Shown: piece after piece, positions 8,659-17,074 of the stretch | Layout of the letters: the number at the start of each line of letters is the position of its first letter | Position numbering within the stretch: the first letter of the stretch is position 1 | Assembly (NCBI GenBank): GCA_944389425.1 | Contig: CALXMH010000005.1 | Location: forward strand, 7,166-39,165 | From: an uncultured Clostridia bacterium | GTDB taxonomy: Bacteria; Bacillota; Clostridia; TANB77; CAG-508 | Direction of reading: 5' to 3' | DNA: 32,000 nt | Notes under the pieces: generated by a model | Told to the model about the DNA's origin: nothing | The model's input: the letters and a program-made list of their open reading frames with translations, nothing else | Databases searched by the model: none | Program-made: the position numbers and the translations under genes

Positions 8659-8705
8659 CATATGAACTTAGTTATTGTTGGATAGCTAGGTTTATGTGTC
8701 TTTTT
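8659..8705 (+). terminator. Intrinsic terminator inside element copy 2
   Basis: Same stem arms as copy 1 (CATATGAACTTAGTT / AGCTAGGTTTATGTG) with a larger 10-nt loop, then TCTTTTT. It is the only terminator downstream of nrdG. Confidence 0.65.
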
Positions 8706-8745
8706 GTTTTGCTTGTGAATATGTGTGGCGGTTTTAAAGGTAGCC

Positions 8746-8855
8746 GCCCTTAGAGTTCATATATATTATTTCTTGCCTCACATGGCTTCGATAGTGGGAG
8801 CGTACGACGTATAACTTCCTCGGACTTCAAAATAATATATATGAACTCTAAGGGC
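8746..8855. repeat. Inverted repeat / hairpin (variable module of element copy 2)
   Basis: Perfect 26-bp arms: 8746-8771 GCCCTTAGAGTTCATATATATTATTT and its reverse complement at 8830-8855. The 58-nt interior is GC-enriched. Confidence 0.9.
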
Positions 8856-9170
8856 TACTCTACTACTTAAAATTATTCACTATTAATTATTCATTAATTT
8901 GAATAAGTATCCGTATAGGGTTAGTAGTTTTTGGAGATAATATGATAAGATAATAAAAAACAAATGAAAGAGGGCAAGAAAAAGTGAAAGAAAAGAAATT
9001 AATGCTATGAGCGGCAATGAATACAGATGCAAAAAATCCGCCCAAAATTGATGAAAGCTGGAAGAAAAGACAAAACTTCCAGCTTTTGTCATATAAAATG
9101 CATAACAAAAATGTGATGTGGCATGTAAAGCTCGAAAAGTATAGAATCAAGTAGAGTTCTTGAATAGAAC

Positions 9171-9199
9171 TTGAAAAAGATGGAAAAGCATGATATAAT
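9171..9199 (+). promoter_or_regulatory. Strong sigmaA-type promoter candidate with extended -10: TTGAAA, 17 nt, TGaTATAAT
   Basis: -35 at 9171-9176, TG at 9191-9192, -10 at 9194-9199. About 90 nt upstream of ORF 9292. Confidence 0.55.
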
Positions 9200-9291
9200 T
9201 TTATACATAGTAGCTATATAAAAAGCCTTGGAAAATTTTTGAGGGCTGCAAGTGAATTGCTGCTTTGGGTGAATGACAGGAGGAATTTAAA

Positions 9292-9603
9292 ATGAAAGAT
9301 GCCAAAAAAATTATTTTTAGGTGGAAAAAGGGTGGACGTGATTATGAAAGGATGATTGATCGGAGAGAGATGTTAGTTGTTTTTGAAGGGCTTGTTAAGG
9401 GCTTTTCAAATGACAATGAGATATCCGAAAAATTGGTTTCAGTTATTCCTATTTTGGATGAGATTAAAATCAATGTAGATTTTAATGCTACCCAAGAAAT
9501 CCCTTCTATTGTGTATGTGATAGATGGGAAAGTGTATGTACTTAAAATAATAAGGTATCACAAAATTGTTTGGGCAATTTTTAATAAATATTGTCTCGAA
9601 TAA
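9292..9603 (+). CDS. Hypothetical 103-aa protein, no recognisable domain
   Basis: Has its own promoter, a strong SD (ACAGGAGG 8 nt upstream) and a downstream terminator. Locally higher GC and unusual Arg codons (AGG, CGT, CGG). In-frame CGG at 9361-9363. Confidence 0.5.
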   Translation: MKDAKKIIFRWKKGGRDYERMIDRREMLVVFEGLVKGFSNDNEISEKLVSVIPILDEIKINVDFNATQEIPSIVYVIDGKVYVLKIIRYHKIVWAIFNKYCLE

Positions 9604-9611
9604 TTAAAAAC

Positions 9612-9644
9612 AAGAGGGGCTCAATTAGAGTCTCTTTTGTTTTA
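9612..9644 (+). terminator. Intrinsic terminator after ORF 9292
   Basis: AAGAGGGGCTC / GAGTCTCTT stem (with G-U pairs), loop AATTA, followed by TTGTTTT. Confidence 0.55.
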
Positions 9645-9707
9645 CATAAAATATGGTAGATTATATTAGTAAAATATGTTATAATTTTAACTTAAAGGAG
9701 ACAGAGT

Positions 9708-10559
9708 ATGCAAAGTTTATATAAGGAAACAAAGTTTATAATGAATAAATATCATATAACTGCAAATAAAAGTTTAGGTCAAAATTTTTTAATAAGCAAG
9801 GAGGCAGTAGATTCAATTATTGGGTCTGCAAGTATTTCTAAGCAAGATTTAATAATTGAAATCGGGCCGGGACTTGGAACTTTAACACAGGAATTACTTG
9901 AAAAAGCAGGAAAAGTTATTTGCATCGAACTTGATACAAAAATGGTAGATATTATTACAGATAGATTTTCTTTGTATAGTAATATAGAAATAATAAATGA
10001 AGATGTGCTTAAAGTAAATCTTCAAGATTTAATTAAAAATGAAAAGCAAAAAAATAATTTTCAAAATGTTAAAGTTGTGGCAAATTTACCATATTACATA
10101 ACAACACCAATTATTATGAAATTATTAGAGGATAAACTAGACATAGAGAGTATAACTATTATGATTCAAAAAGAAGTTGCACAAAGATTACTAGCAGAGC
10201 CGGGTACAAATTTATCTGGGGCAATTACATATGGAATTTATTATTATACAGTTCCACAAAATGTAATAGAAGTATCAAGAGATTCTTTTATTCCTGCACC
10301 AGAAGTGGATTCACAAGTAATAAAATTAAATATAAGAAAAAATCCGCTGGTTATTGTAAAGGACGAAGAAAAATTGTTTAAAATAATAAAATTAGCATTT
10401 ATGCAAAGAAGAAAAACATTAATAAATGCACTATCAAATGGAAACTTATACACAAAGGAAGAAATTAAACAAATGCTAGAAGATTTAAATATAGATTTGC
10501 AAATAAGAGGTGAAAAACTAACTCTAGAGCAATTTGCCCAAATTGCTAATTATAAATAA
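9708..10559 (+). CDS. rsmA: 16S rRNA (adenine1518/1519-N6)-dimethyltransferase
   Basis: Motifs SLGQNFL and EIGPGLGTLT (SAM binding). Length 283 aa. SD AAGGAG 7 nt upstream. Confidence 0.9.
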   Translation: MQSLYKETKFIMNKYHITANKSLGQNFLISKEAVDSIIGSASISKQDLIIEIGPGLGTLTQELLEKAGKVICIELDTKMVDIITDRFSLYSNIEIINEDVLKVNLQDLIKNEKQKNNFQNVKVVANLPYYITTPIIMKLLEDKLDIESITIMIQKEVAQRLLAEPGTNLSGAITYGIYYYTVPQNVIEVSRDSFIPAPEVDSQVIKLNIRKNPLVIVKDEEKLFKIIKLAFMQRRKTLINALSNGNLYTKEEIKQMLEDLNIDLQIRGEKLTLEQFAQIANYK

Positions 10560-10587
10560 AAAGGTGTAATTGTATACACCTTTTTTA
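10559..10587. terminator. Bidirectional intrinsic terminator between convergent rsmA and the HD-GYP gene
   Basis: AAAAGGTGTA / TACACCTTTT stem flanked by an A-run and a T-run. Confidence 0.7.
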
Positions 10588-11527
10588 CATCCAATCATCA
10601 ATTTTAATTTTTCTTATTTTTTGAATTTCTGATATTAATTTTTCTATATGCTCTTTTCTAACTATATAAGCATTTTTATATTCTTCAATTATTTGCTTAT
10701 AATTTTCAAGTGTTTCACCAGGTTGAAGAGTATATTCTATAAGTTCTTTAAAATCTTCTTTATCACGAGATTTTGTTGCGCTATGGTAGCCATCTATATA
10801 CTCATCAAGTTTTTCTAATCTTTTTATTTGGTTTTCTATGTGCTTAATGTAGCCTTCTACACAAGATATTTCATAATTTATATCATCTTCCACAACTTCA
10901 AATAAGGAGTGAACAATTTGTGGATTTATTTGACTGTATTTAGGATTTTTTGCATTTGTTCTACCTGTTTTATAAGCAGGGATTGTTTTGTCTGCAATTA
11001 TTTTTAATGTATCTGATATGTCTATGTGAGTTTTATATTGTCTTTTGCTAACAATTGCATCATATTCATCTGCAACTCTTATTATTTGTCCTTCTATTGG
11101 TAAATCTTCTTTTACTACTCCATTTGGATATCCGAGAACCATCTAATCCTTCATGGTGATATAGGGGACCATTTGCATATGGCCTTAATTTTAAGTCGTC
11201 CATGCACATTTTATAGCCAATTGTTGTATGTGTTTTCATTTTTTCATATTCTTCATCTGTAAGCTTACCATTTTTTTGTAATATTTCTGGTGGAATAAAC
11301 ATTTTGCCAATATCGTGTAAATATGCACACATTGTACAATAAATTGTAAATTTTTTATTTAATCTTAAATTTTTACAAATTTTACTAGTCATATTTGCCA
11401 CGTTTTCAGAGTGCTTTAATGTAAATACATCCAAATGAGAAAGCATATTTAACTGGTATCGCATGCTTTCATTTAGATTGTAAGATTTTAAATTGGTTTT
11501 ATCATAAAAATCAAATTCTTTATACAT
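10585..11527 (-). pseudogene. HD-GYP domain phosphodiesterase, split into two ORFs by a +1 frame break exactly at an in-frame CGG (11134..11132)
   Basis: The upstream ORF carries HD motifs (YLHDIGK, HHEGLDGS). The downstream ORF begins ..GYPNGVVKEDLPIEGQIIRVADEYDAIVSKRQYK. Skipping one C joins them into HHEGLDGSGYPNG. The likely start is the ATG at 11527 (MYKEF), which has GGAG 6 nt upstream. Confidence 0.8.
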
Positions 11528-11640
11528 AATCGTCTCCATTCATATTATGGATATATTTTATAACTTTTATTAAAGTTTTGTCAACATTTAGTTAGGAGTC
11601 TTTTTTTAATTTGCTATTTTAATTATTTTCTTATAAATAC

Positions 11641-11669
11641 TTGAAAGTTGTCAAAAAAGTCATTATAAT
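11641..11669 (+). promoter_or_regulatory. sigmaA-type promoter candidate: TTGAAA, 17 nt, TATAAT
   Basis: -35 at 11641-11646 and -10 at 11664-11669. Drives the small hydrophobic peptide gene. Confidence 0.55.
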
Positions 11670-11740
11670 ATTATTACAGATGAGCAAAAAAGCAGAGAGT
11701 GATGTGTCGTATTCCTATCAAAAGAGAGGAGGCGATGCAT

Positions 11741-11890
11741 ATGTTATTAGAACAAGTTTATTTAGCATTTATTTACATACTTCTTGTAGAACTTGCAATA
11801 GTAACAGTTGTAGCTATTGCCTTATTTGTAGCATTAGTTGTTACAATTAAGAAATTAGACAACAAAAAATACATCTCTGCTGGACGTTAG
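11741..11890 (+). CDS. 49-aa hydrophobic peptide with a basic C-terminal tail; candidate type I toxin or small membrane protein
   Basis: Sequence: MLLEQVYLAFIYILLVELAIVTVVAIALFVALVVTIKKLDNKKYISAGR. SD GAGGAGG lies 9 nt upstream of the ATG at 11741. One predicted TM helix. The stop codon lies inside the terminator stem-loop. Confidence 0.5.
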   Translation: MLLEQVYLAFIYILLVELAIVTVVAIALFVALVVTIKKLDNKKYISAGR

Positions 11891-11952
11891 AGATGTATTC
11901 TAATTATTAATACAATTTAACGACACACCACAATCTGTGGGTGCTCATCTTT
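11862..11952 (-). ncRNA. Candidate ~90-nt antisense sRNA (putative type I antitoxin) overlapping the 3' end of the peptide mRNA
   Basis: Bounded by the minus-strand promoter (TSS about 11952) and the minus-strand reading of the shared terminator. Contains an internal hairpin CACCCACA-GAT-TGTGGTG. Non-coding. Confidence 0.4.
11868..11899. terminator. Bidirectional intrinsic terminator shared by the peptide mRNA and the convergent antisense transcript
   Basis: AATACATCTCT / AGAGATGTATT form an 11-bp stem. An A6 run on the left is a T-run for the minus strand. Confidence 0.6.
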
Positions 11953-11958
11953 ATATTT

Positions 11959-11987
11959 ATTATACTTAAAGAAAGTCAAAAAGTCAA
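11959..11987 (-). promoter_or_regulatory. Near-consensus sigmaA promoter on the minus strand: TTGACT, 17 nt, TATAAT
   Basis: On the minus strand, -35 TTGACT at 11987..11982 and -10 TATAAT at 11964..11959. It points toward the 3' end of the peptide gene. No ORF follows it. Confidence 0.55.
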
Positions 11988-12182
11988 GATGATTTTTCTG
12001 GTTTTATAAATATGAAAAAGGGGAGAGTTTTGCTAAAACAGGAAATTTGTAAAATAAATTTGTATAAATAAAAGGAACAATACAAATTTTGATAAAATAT
12101 CTACAACTTCCCTTAAATATCTTGATAAATTCCTAATTTTAATATATTATAAATATAATTTGACATTAGGGAGAGATAAAAA

Positions 12183-15100
12183 GTGTATTTAAAGAGATTA
12201 GAGTTACATGGATTTAAGTCATTTGCAGATAAGACTACTTTGGAGTTTATGCCAGGTATTACTGTTGTTATTGGACCTAATGGGTCTGGTAAGAGCAATA
12301 TTTCAGATAGTATTAGATGGGTTTTGGGCGAGCAAAGTATGAAATCTTTAAGAGGAGCTAAGTCTGAGGATATTATTTTTGCTGGTACTCAAAACAGAAA
12401 GTCTTTGGGGTTTGCAGAGGCTTCTATTGTTATTGATAATAGTGATAATAAATTACCAATTGAATATAATGAAGTTATTGTTACAAGAAGGATTTATAGA
12501 AGTGGTGAGTCTGGGTATTTTATAAATAAATCACCATGTAGGTTAAAAGATGTTCAAGAACTTTTTATGGATACAGGTATTGGAAAAGATGGATATTCTA
12601 TTATCGGACAAGGAAAAATTGATGAAATTTTAAGTAATAAATCAGAGGAAAGAAGAAATATTTTTGAAGAAGCTGCGGGTATTGTTAAATATAGAGTTAG
12701 AAAACAAGAATCGGAAAGAAAACTAGAACAAACCAAAATAAATTTACTTAGAATAACAGATATTTTATCTGAAATTGAATCTACGATTGCTCCACTAAAA
12801 GCACAATCAGATAAAGCTAAAAAGTTTTTAGATTTAAGGGAAGAATTAAAAGATATAGAAATAGGGCTTTTTTTGCATAATATAGATACGTACAAATCAA
12901 AAATTACTGAAATTATTGAAGATATAGATACAATATCTTCACAAACATCTATGGAAGAAACAAAAATGGATGAGAAAAAAAGCCAAAAAGAAAACTTAAA
13001 ATTAGAACTTGAAAATATAATTCAAGAGATTGAGAATATGCAAAATAGCGGTTTTGAAATTTCTAATAAAATCGAAAAAATAAATTCAGATATTAATGTT
13101 ACAAAACAAAAAACTGAAAATAATATAGAAACAATAAAAAGATACGAAAATGAAATTATAGAGCTAAAAGAAAAAATAAAAGACTTAGAAGAAGAAAAAA
13201 ATCAGAAAATTAATAAAAAGAATAATTTATTTGCAGATAAAGAAAGATTTGAAAAAGAATTAGAAGCAAAAGAAACGGAACTAGAAGAATTAACTTCAAA
13301 ACTATCTAGTAAAGAACTTGAAATTGAAGAAAAAAAGAAAAAACTAAATGATAATATAGATACAAAATACAATTTAGGTTCACAAATAAATACACAAGAT
13401 GTTAATTTTGAAAACTTAGAAAAGCGTGAAAAAACTTTAAAAGAAGAGCAAAGAGTTTGCATTTCTGAACTAGATTCTGAAAGGCTTGTTAAAGAAGAAA
13501 TTTCAAAAACTTTTATTCAAATAGAAGCAAATAGAGATAAGATTATAAAAGAATTAGAAGAATTTAATATACAAAAACAAGAAAGTACTAATAAAATTAA
13601 AGAATACGACAATTTAATAAATAAAACTGGAATGGAACTTAGAATTAAAGAATCTAGACATAAATTTTTAATAGAAACAGAAAAAGAAAAAGAAGGATAC
13701 AGTAAAACTATAAAAGCAATTCTTAATGCTTGTGAAAAAGATAGTAATTTAAAACAAGGAATGCATGATGTTTTAGCAAACATAATTTCAGTTCCAAAAG
13801 AGTATCAAACAGCAATAGAAATGTCGCTAGGACAAGCAATGCAAAATATAGTTACAGATACAGAAAACACAGCAAAAAAGCTTGTAGAATATTTAAGAAC
13901 AAATAATTTAGGAAGAGCATCTTTTCTGCCAATTACTTCTGTAAAAGGTAAAAAACTAGAAAAAATAAATTCAAAAAATGTTCCAGGAGTAATTGGAATT
14001 GCCGCAGATTTAGTAAAAAACGAGAAAACATATGACCAAATTATATTAAATTTACTAGGAAGAACAGTAATTGTAGAGAACATGGATTCAGCAATTCTGC
14101 TTGCTAAGCAAAATTCATATTCTTTTAGAATTGTTACATTAAAAGGAGATGTAATTAATCCATCAGGAGCTATAACAGGTGGATCTGTAATAGCTAAAAC
14201 AGTAAATATTTTAGGACGCAAAAAAGAAATTGAAGAATTAGAACAAGAACTTAAAACTATGAACGAAAAGATTGAAAAAATAGAAAAAGAAAAACAAGAA
14301 TATGCAGCAAGCATAGAAAATATTTTAGCCAAATCTGAGGAAATGGAAAAAGCAAAACAAGAGGCAGAAATTGTATATGCAACAGAAAAACAAAAACTTA
14401 CATCTGTTGAAACAAATGTTGAAAAACTAGAAAATAGATTAGCAAAAATTAAAGATGAAATTTCAAGTATAGAACTAGAAAAAGAAAATAATAGAGCTCA
14501 AAAAACGAATTTAGAGGAACAAATAATTAGTTTAGAACAAGAAATTACAGAGCTAAATTCAATAATAGAAGCTTTTGCAGAACAAAATAAAGATAATCAA
14601 AAATATATAGATGACTTAAATTTTGATATAACAAATTTAAAAATTTCTGTATCATCTTTTAGTGAAAGTGAAGCATCTATTGATGAAATTGTAGAAAGAG
14701 TAAATCAAGACATAAATAGTTCTACTATGTCTATACAAAATAAAGAAAAAATATGTGAAGAACTAAAACAAGAAAATAATGCAAATAATGAAAAAATTGA
14801 TGATTTACAAAAAGAAATAGAAAAATCAAAACAAGAAGTAAGCAGTAATTTAGTTAAAATAGAAGAATTAAAAAACACAAGAATTACAAAAAATGAGATT
14901 ATACAAAAATTAGAAGAAGAAATAAATGATAATTTAAAATTATTAGATGACCTAAAAGATCAAATTAATAAAATAGAAATAAAAAAATCAAAACTAGAAG
15001 TAGAATTAGAACAAGTAATTAATAAGATGTGGGAAGAATATGAAGTAACACCAAATACTGCTGAGAGCTATAAAAAACCAGAAAATGTACAAGAAGTACA

Positions 15101-15731
15101 AAAAAAGGTAAATGAACTAAGAAGTGAAATTAAAGCTCTTGGAAGCATAAATATTGATTCAATAGAAGAATACAAACAAACAAAAGAAAGATTCGACTTT
15201 ATGACAGAACAAAAAACAGATTTAGAAGAATCTAGTAATAAGCTTAAAAAAATCATTACAGAAATGACAGAAGTTATGAAAGAACAATTCGCAGAACAAT
15301 TTAAAATTATAAATAAAAACTTTGGTGCAATTTTTGCAGAACTTTTTGGTGGAGGAAAAGCTAATTTAAAACTTGCAGATGAAAATAATATATTAGAATG
15401 TGGAATAGATATAGAAGCACAACCACCAGGCAAAAAACTTCAAAATATGATGCTACTTTCAGGTGGAGAAAAAGCTCTAACTGCAATTGCATTATTATTT
15501 GCAATATTAAAAATAAATCCAGCACCTTTCTGTGTTTTAGATGAAATAGAGGCAGCATTAGATGATGTTAATGTTTATAGATTTGCAGAATATTTAAAGA
15601 AATTTACAAAAGAAATACAATTCTTAGTAATAACACATAGAAAAGGAACAATGGAAGCAGCAGATACTGTATATGGTATTACCATGGAAGAAAATGGTAT
15701 ATCAAAACTTCTTTCAATGAAGCTGAAATAG
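12183..15731 (+). CDS. smc: Chromosome partition protein Smc
   Basis: GTG start with SD AGGGAGAG. N-terminus MYLKRLELHGFKSF, Walker A GPNGSGKSN, long coiled coils with a hinge, signature LSGGEK, Walker B CVLDEIEAALD. 1182 aa. Confidence 0.95.
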   Translation: MYLKRLELHGFKSFADKTTLEFMPGITVVIGPNGSGKSNISDSIRWVLGEQSMKSLRGAKSEDIIFAGTQNRKSLGFAEASIVIDNSDNKLPIEYNEVIVTRRIYRSGESGYFINKSPCRLKDVQELFMDTGIGKDGYSIIGQGKIDEILSNKSEERRNIFEEAAGIVKYRVRKQESERKLEQTKINLLRITDILSEIESTIAPLKAQSDKAKKFLDLREELKDIEIGLFLHNIDTYKSKITEIIEDIDTISSQTSMEETKMDEKKSQKENLKLELENIIQEIENMQNSGFEISNKIEKINSDINVTKQKTENNIETIKRYENEIIELKEKIKDLEEEKNQKINKKNNLFADKERFEKELEAKETELEELTSKLSSKELEIEEKKKKLNDNIDTKYNLGSQINTQDVNFENLEKREKTLKEEQRVCISELDSERLVKEEISKTFIQIEANRDKIIKELEEFNIQKQESTNKIKEYDNLINKTGMELRIKESRHKFLIETEKEKEGYSKTIKAILNACEKDSNLKQGMHDVLANIISVPKEYQTAIEMSLGQAMQNIVTDTENTAKKLVEYLRTNNLGRASFLPITSVKGKKLEKINSKNVPGVIGIAADLVKNEKTYDQIILNLLGRTVIVENMDSAILLAKQNSYSFRIVTLKGDVINPSGAITGGSVIAKTVNILGRKKEIEELEQELKTMNEKIEKIEKEKQEYAASIENILAKSEEMEKAKQEAEIVYATEKQKLTSVETNVEKLENRLAKIKDEISSIELEKENNRAQKTNLEEQIISLEQEITELNSIIEAFAEQNKDNQKYIDDLNFDITNLKISVSSFSESEASIDEIVERVNQDINSSTMSIQNKEKICEELKQENNANNEKIDDLQKEIEKSKQEVSSNLVKIEELKNTRITKNEIIQKLEEEINDNLKLLDDLKDQINKIEIKKSKLEVELEQVINKMWEEYEVTPNTAESYKKPENVQEVQKKVNELRSEIKALGSINIDSIEEYKQTKERFDFMTEQKTDLEESSNKLKKIITEMTEVMKEQFAEQFKIINKNFGAIFAELFGGGKANLKLADENNILECGIDIEAQPPGKKLQNMMLLSGGEKALTAIALLFAILKINPAPFCVLDEIEAALDDVNVYRFAEYLKKFTKEIQFLVITHRKGTMEAADTVYGITMEENGISKLLSMKLK

Positions 15732-15795
15732 ACATATAGCCTGAAATATGCTATAATTAAGATATATAAATATTATTAAAAAAGGAGATAACATC

Positions 15796-16227
15796 ATGGC
15801 AAAGGCTTATATCGAAGAAAGACGGTATGATATTTTAGATAGAATATCCATTGCTATCTTTTTAGCTATTGTACTTTGGGCAATAAGCGAATTTATGGGA
15901 ATACCACATCTTGGCTTGTTTGAAGGGATAATTACAAATCTTATTTTAGGATTTTGTGTTGAATATTCTTTCGAGTTTAAAGATTCTAAGCTAAAAATAA
16001 GATCCAATGGAAAATTCTACGAACTAGATGGCATATTACTTATTATTACATGGCCTTTTGCAAAATTATTTTCTATTTTTGGAATAGAGAATAAACCTAT
16101 AATGGGTTACATTATGGTCTTGGTATATGTATATGGAATGCTATTTCGTGGATGGCAAGTATTCGATGCTATTTATCATATGTGGGTAATGTATTACCTG
16201 TATAAAAACCGTAAAACAAACAAATAA
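15796..16227 (+). CDS. Hypothetical small polytopic membrane protein (143 aa)
   Basis: SD AAGGAG 8 nt upstream. About four hydrophobic segments. Own terminator. In-frame CGG at 15823-15825 (codon 10). Confidence 0.55.
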   Translation: MAKAYIEERRYDILDRISIAIFLAIVLWAISEFMGIPHLGLFEGIITNLILGFCVEYSFEFKDSKLKIRSNGKFYELDGILLIITWPFAKLFSIFGIENKPIMGYIMVLVYVYGMLFRGWQVFDAIYHMWVMYYLYKNRKTNK

Positions 16228-16234
16228 TCCTTTT

Positions 16235-16267
16235 AAACAGGAGCTTTTAATAAAGCTCCTGTTTTTA
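16235..16267 (+). terminator. Intrinsic terminator
   Basis: AAACAGGAGCTTT / AAAGCTCCTGTTT form a perfect 13-bp stem, followed by a T-run. Confidence 0.8.
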
Positions 16268-16341
16268 TGTAAGTAGACATATTATGTAATTAATGTTATA
16301 ATAGATATATAATAATTTAATATTTAAAGGGAGGAAACATC

Positions 16342-16884
16342 ATGTATAGGCAGCTCAGGAAAATAGTAAAAAAGGTTTGGGATAATACTTGTTTTCGGAC
16401 TTTCAATGTAATGAAAAACATTACAGAAGGGAAACTGTTAATTTCAATTTTAATTCCTGGATTAGTACTATGCTTTTTTTACAATGTATATCAATATGAA
16501 TCCATTGAACTGGACAAAAATCTTCGAAAAGCCTTAACACAAGGATGGAGATATACAGAAAGTGGAGAAACTTTTTTAAATGTATACATTGAAGCAGGTA
16601 GCTTCCCATTAGTATGGGGAAAGGAAGAAATTGAAGAAATTGCAACAAGAAAAGTAAATCTTCATAATTATCAAGTTGAAGCAAGAATTAGTAATAGAAA
16701 CATAGGATTATATGTAGAACCTAACTCTAAATTGGATAGAAGAGTAGAAGCTATATATTCTGAAAATATAGAGGTAAATGGTGAAGCACAACCTATAATT
16801 TGGCTTAAAAGTGATAATGCCATAATTGAAGACCAAACCTTAGTAAAGCAGCTACAAGAAAAAGGAGAAAGACTCTCTTTATAA
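16342..16884 (+). CDS. Hypothetical membrane-anchored or secreted protein (180 aa as drawn; alternative start at the ATG at 16411)
   Basis: SD GGGAGG 7 nt upstream of 16342. Residues from M24 (MKNITEGKLLISILIPGLVLCFF) look like a signal anchor. In-frame CGG at 16396-16398 (codon 19). Confidence 0.5.
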   Translation: MYRQLRKIVKKVWDNTCFRTFNVMKNITEGKLLISILIPGLVLCFFYNVYQYESIELDKNLRKALTQGWRYTESGETFLNVYIEAGSFPLVWGKEEIEEIATRKVNLHNYQVEARISNRNIGLYVEPNSKLDRRVEAIYSENIEVNGEAQPIIWLKSDNAIIEDQTLVKQLQEKGERLSL

Positions 16885-16885
16885 G

Positions 16886-16912
16886 AAAGCAGGCATATTG
16901 CCTGCTTTTTTA
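16886..16912 (+). terminator. Intrinsic terminator
   Basis: AAAGCAGGCA / TGCCTGCTTT stem followed by T6. Confidence 0.8.
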
Positions 16913-17074
16913 TAATTAATTCTTCGAAAAATAGATATATTTTGCAAATATTATGTAAATATGGTAAAATATAAGTATAAATTATATTTTATAGTTTAGT
17001 TAAAATTTTATTAAATTTTAACAATTAAAAGTTTAGATTCCCAATAATCCATAAACTAAACAGGAGGGCTTATA

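Larger units (their letters stand above)
8494..8975 (+). repeat. Paralogous modular intergenic element, copy 2; no pilin-like gene follows it
   Basis: Same module order as 3713..4287: TGGACA-17-TATAAT, AAACGCTG..GTTGTA(CA)8AGGTA, terminator, TAGCCGCC-[110-nt unrelated hairpin]-GGCTACTCTAC, the ATTATTCAYT repeats, and GTATCCGTATAGGGTTAG..GATAATATGATAAGATA..GAAAGAGG. Confidence 0.85.

Noticed and set aside
8746-8855. Integron attC site.
   Set aside because: There are no RYYYAAC / GTTRRRY core sites at the ends. Copy 1 is longer than typical attC sites, and there is no intI gene or cassette array.
8883-9150. Two overlapping minus-strand ORFs (69 and 87 aa) downstream of element copy 2.
   Set aside because: They overlap each other and the conserved element, lack SDs and are low-complexity. 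The stretch more likely holds the degenerate remnant after the element plus a small hairpin (AAGCTGGAAG/CTTCCAGCTT at about 9053-9083).
11641-11850. 69-aa ORF 11641..11850, and the GTG-extended version (11699) of the small peptide ORF.
   Set aside because: ORF 11641 begins inside the promoter hexamers and is in a different frame from the SD-supported ATG at 11741. The 11699 extension lacks an SD.
12554-15558. Multiple minus-strand ORFs inside smc, and similar antisense ORFs inside GH94, nrdD, clpE, dprA, xth and PerM.
   Set aside because: They are antisense shadows of long, well-supported genes in an AT-rich genome. Their composition is Ser/Phe/Ile-rich and low-complexity, with no SDs.
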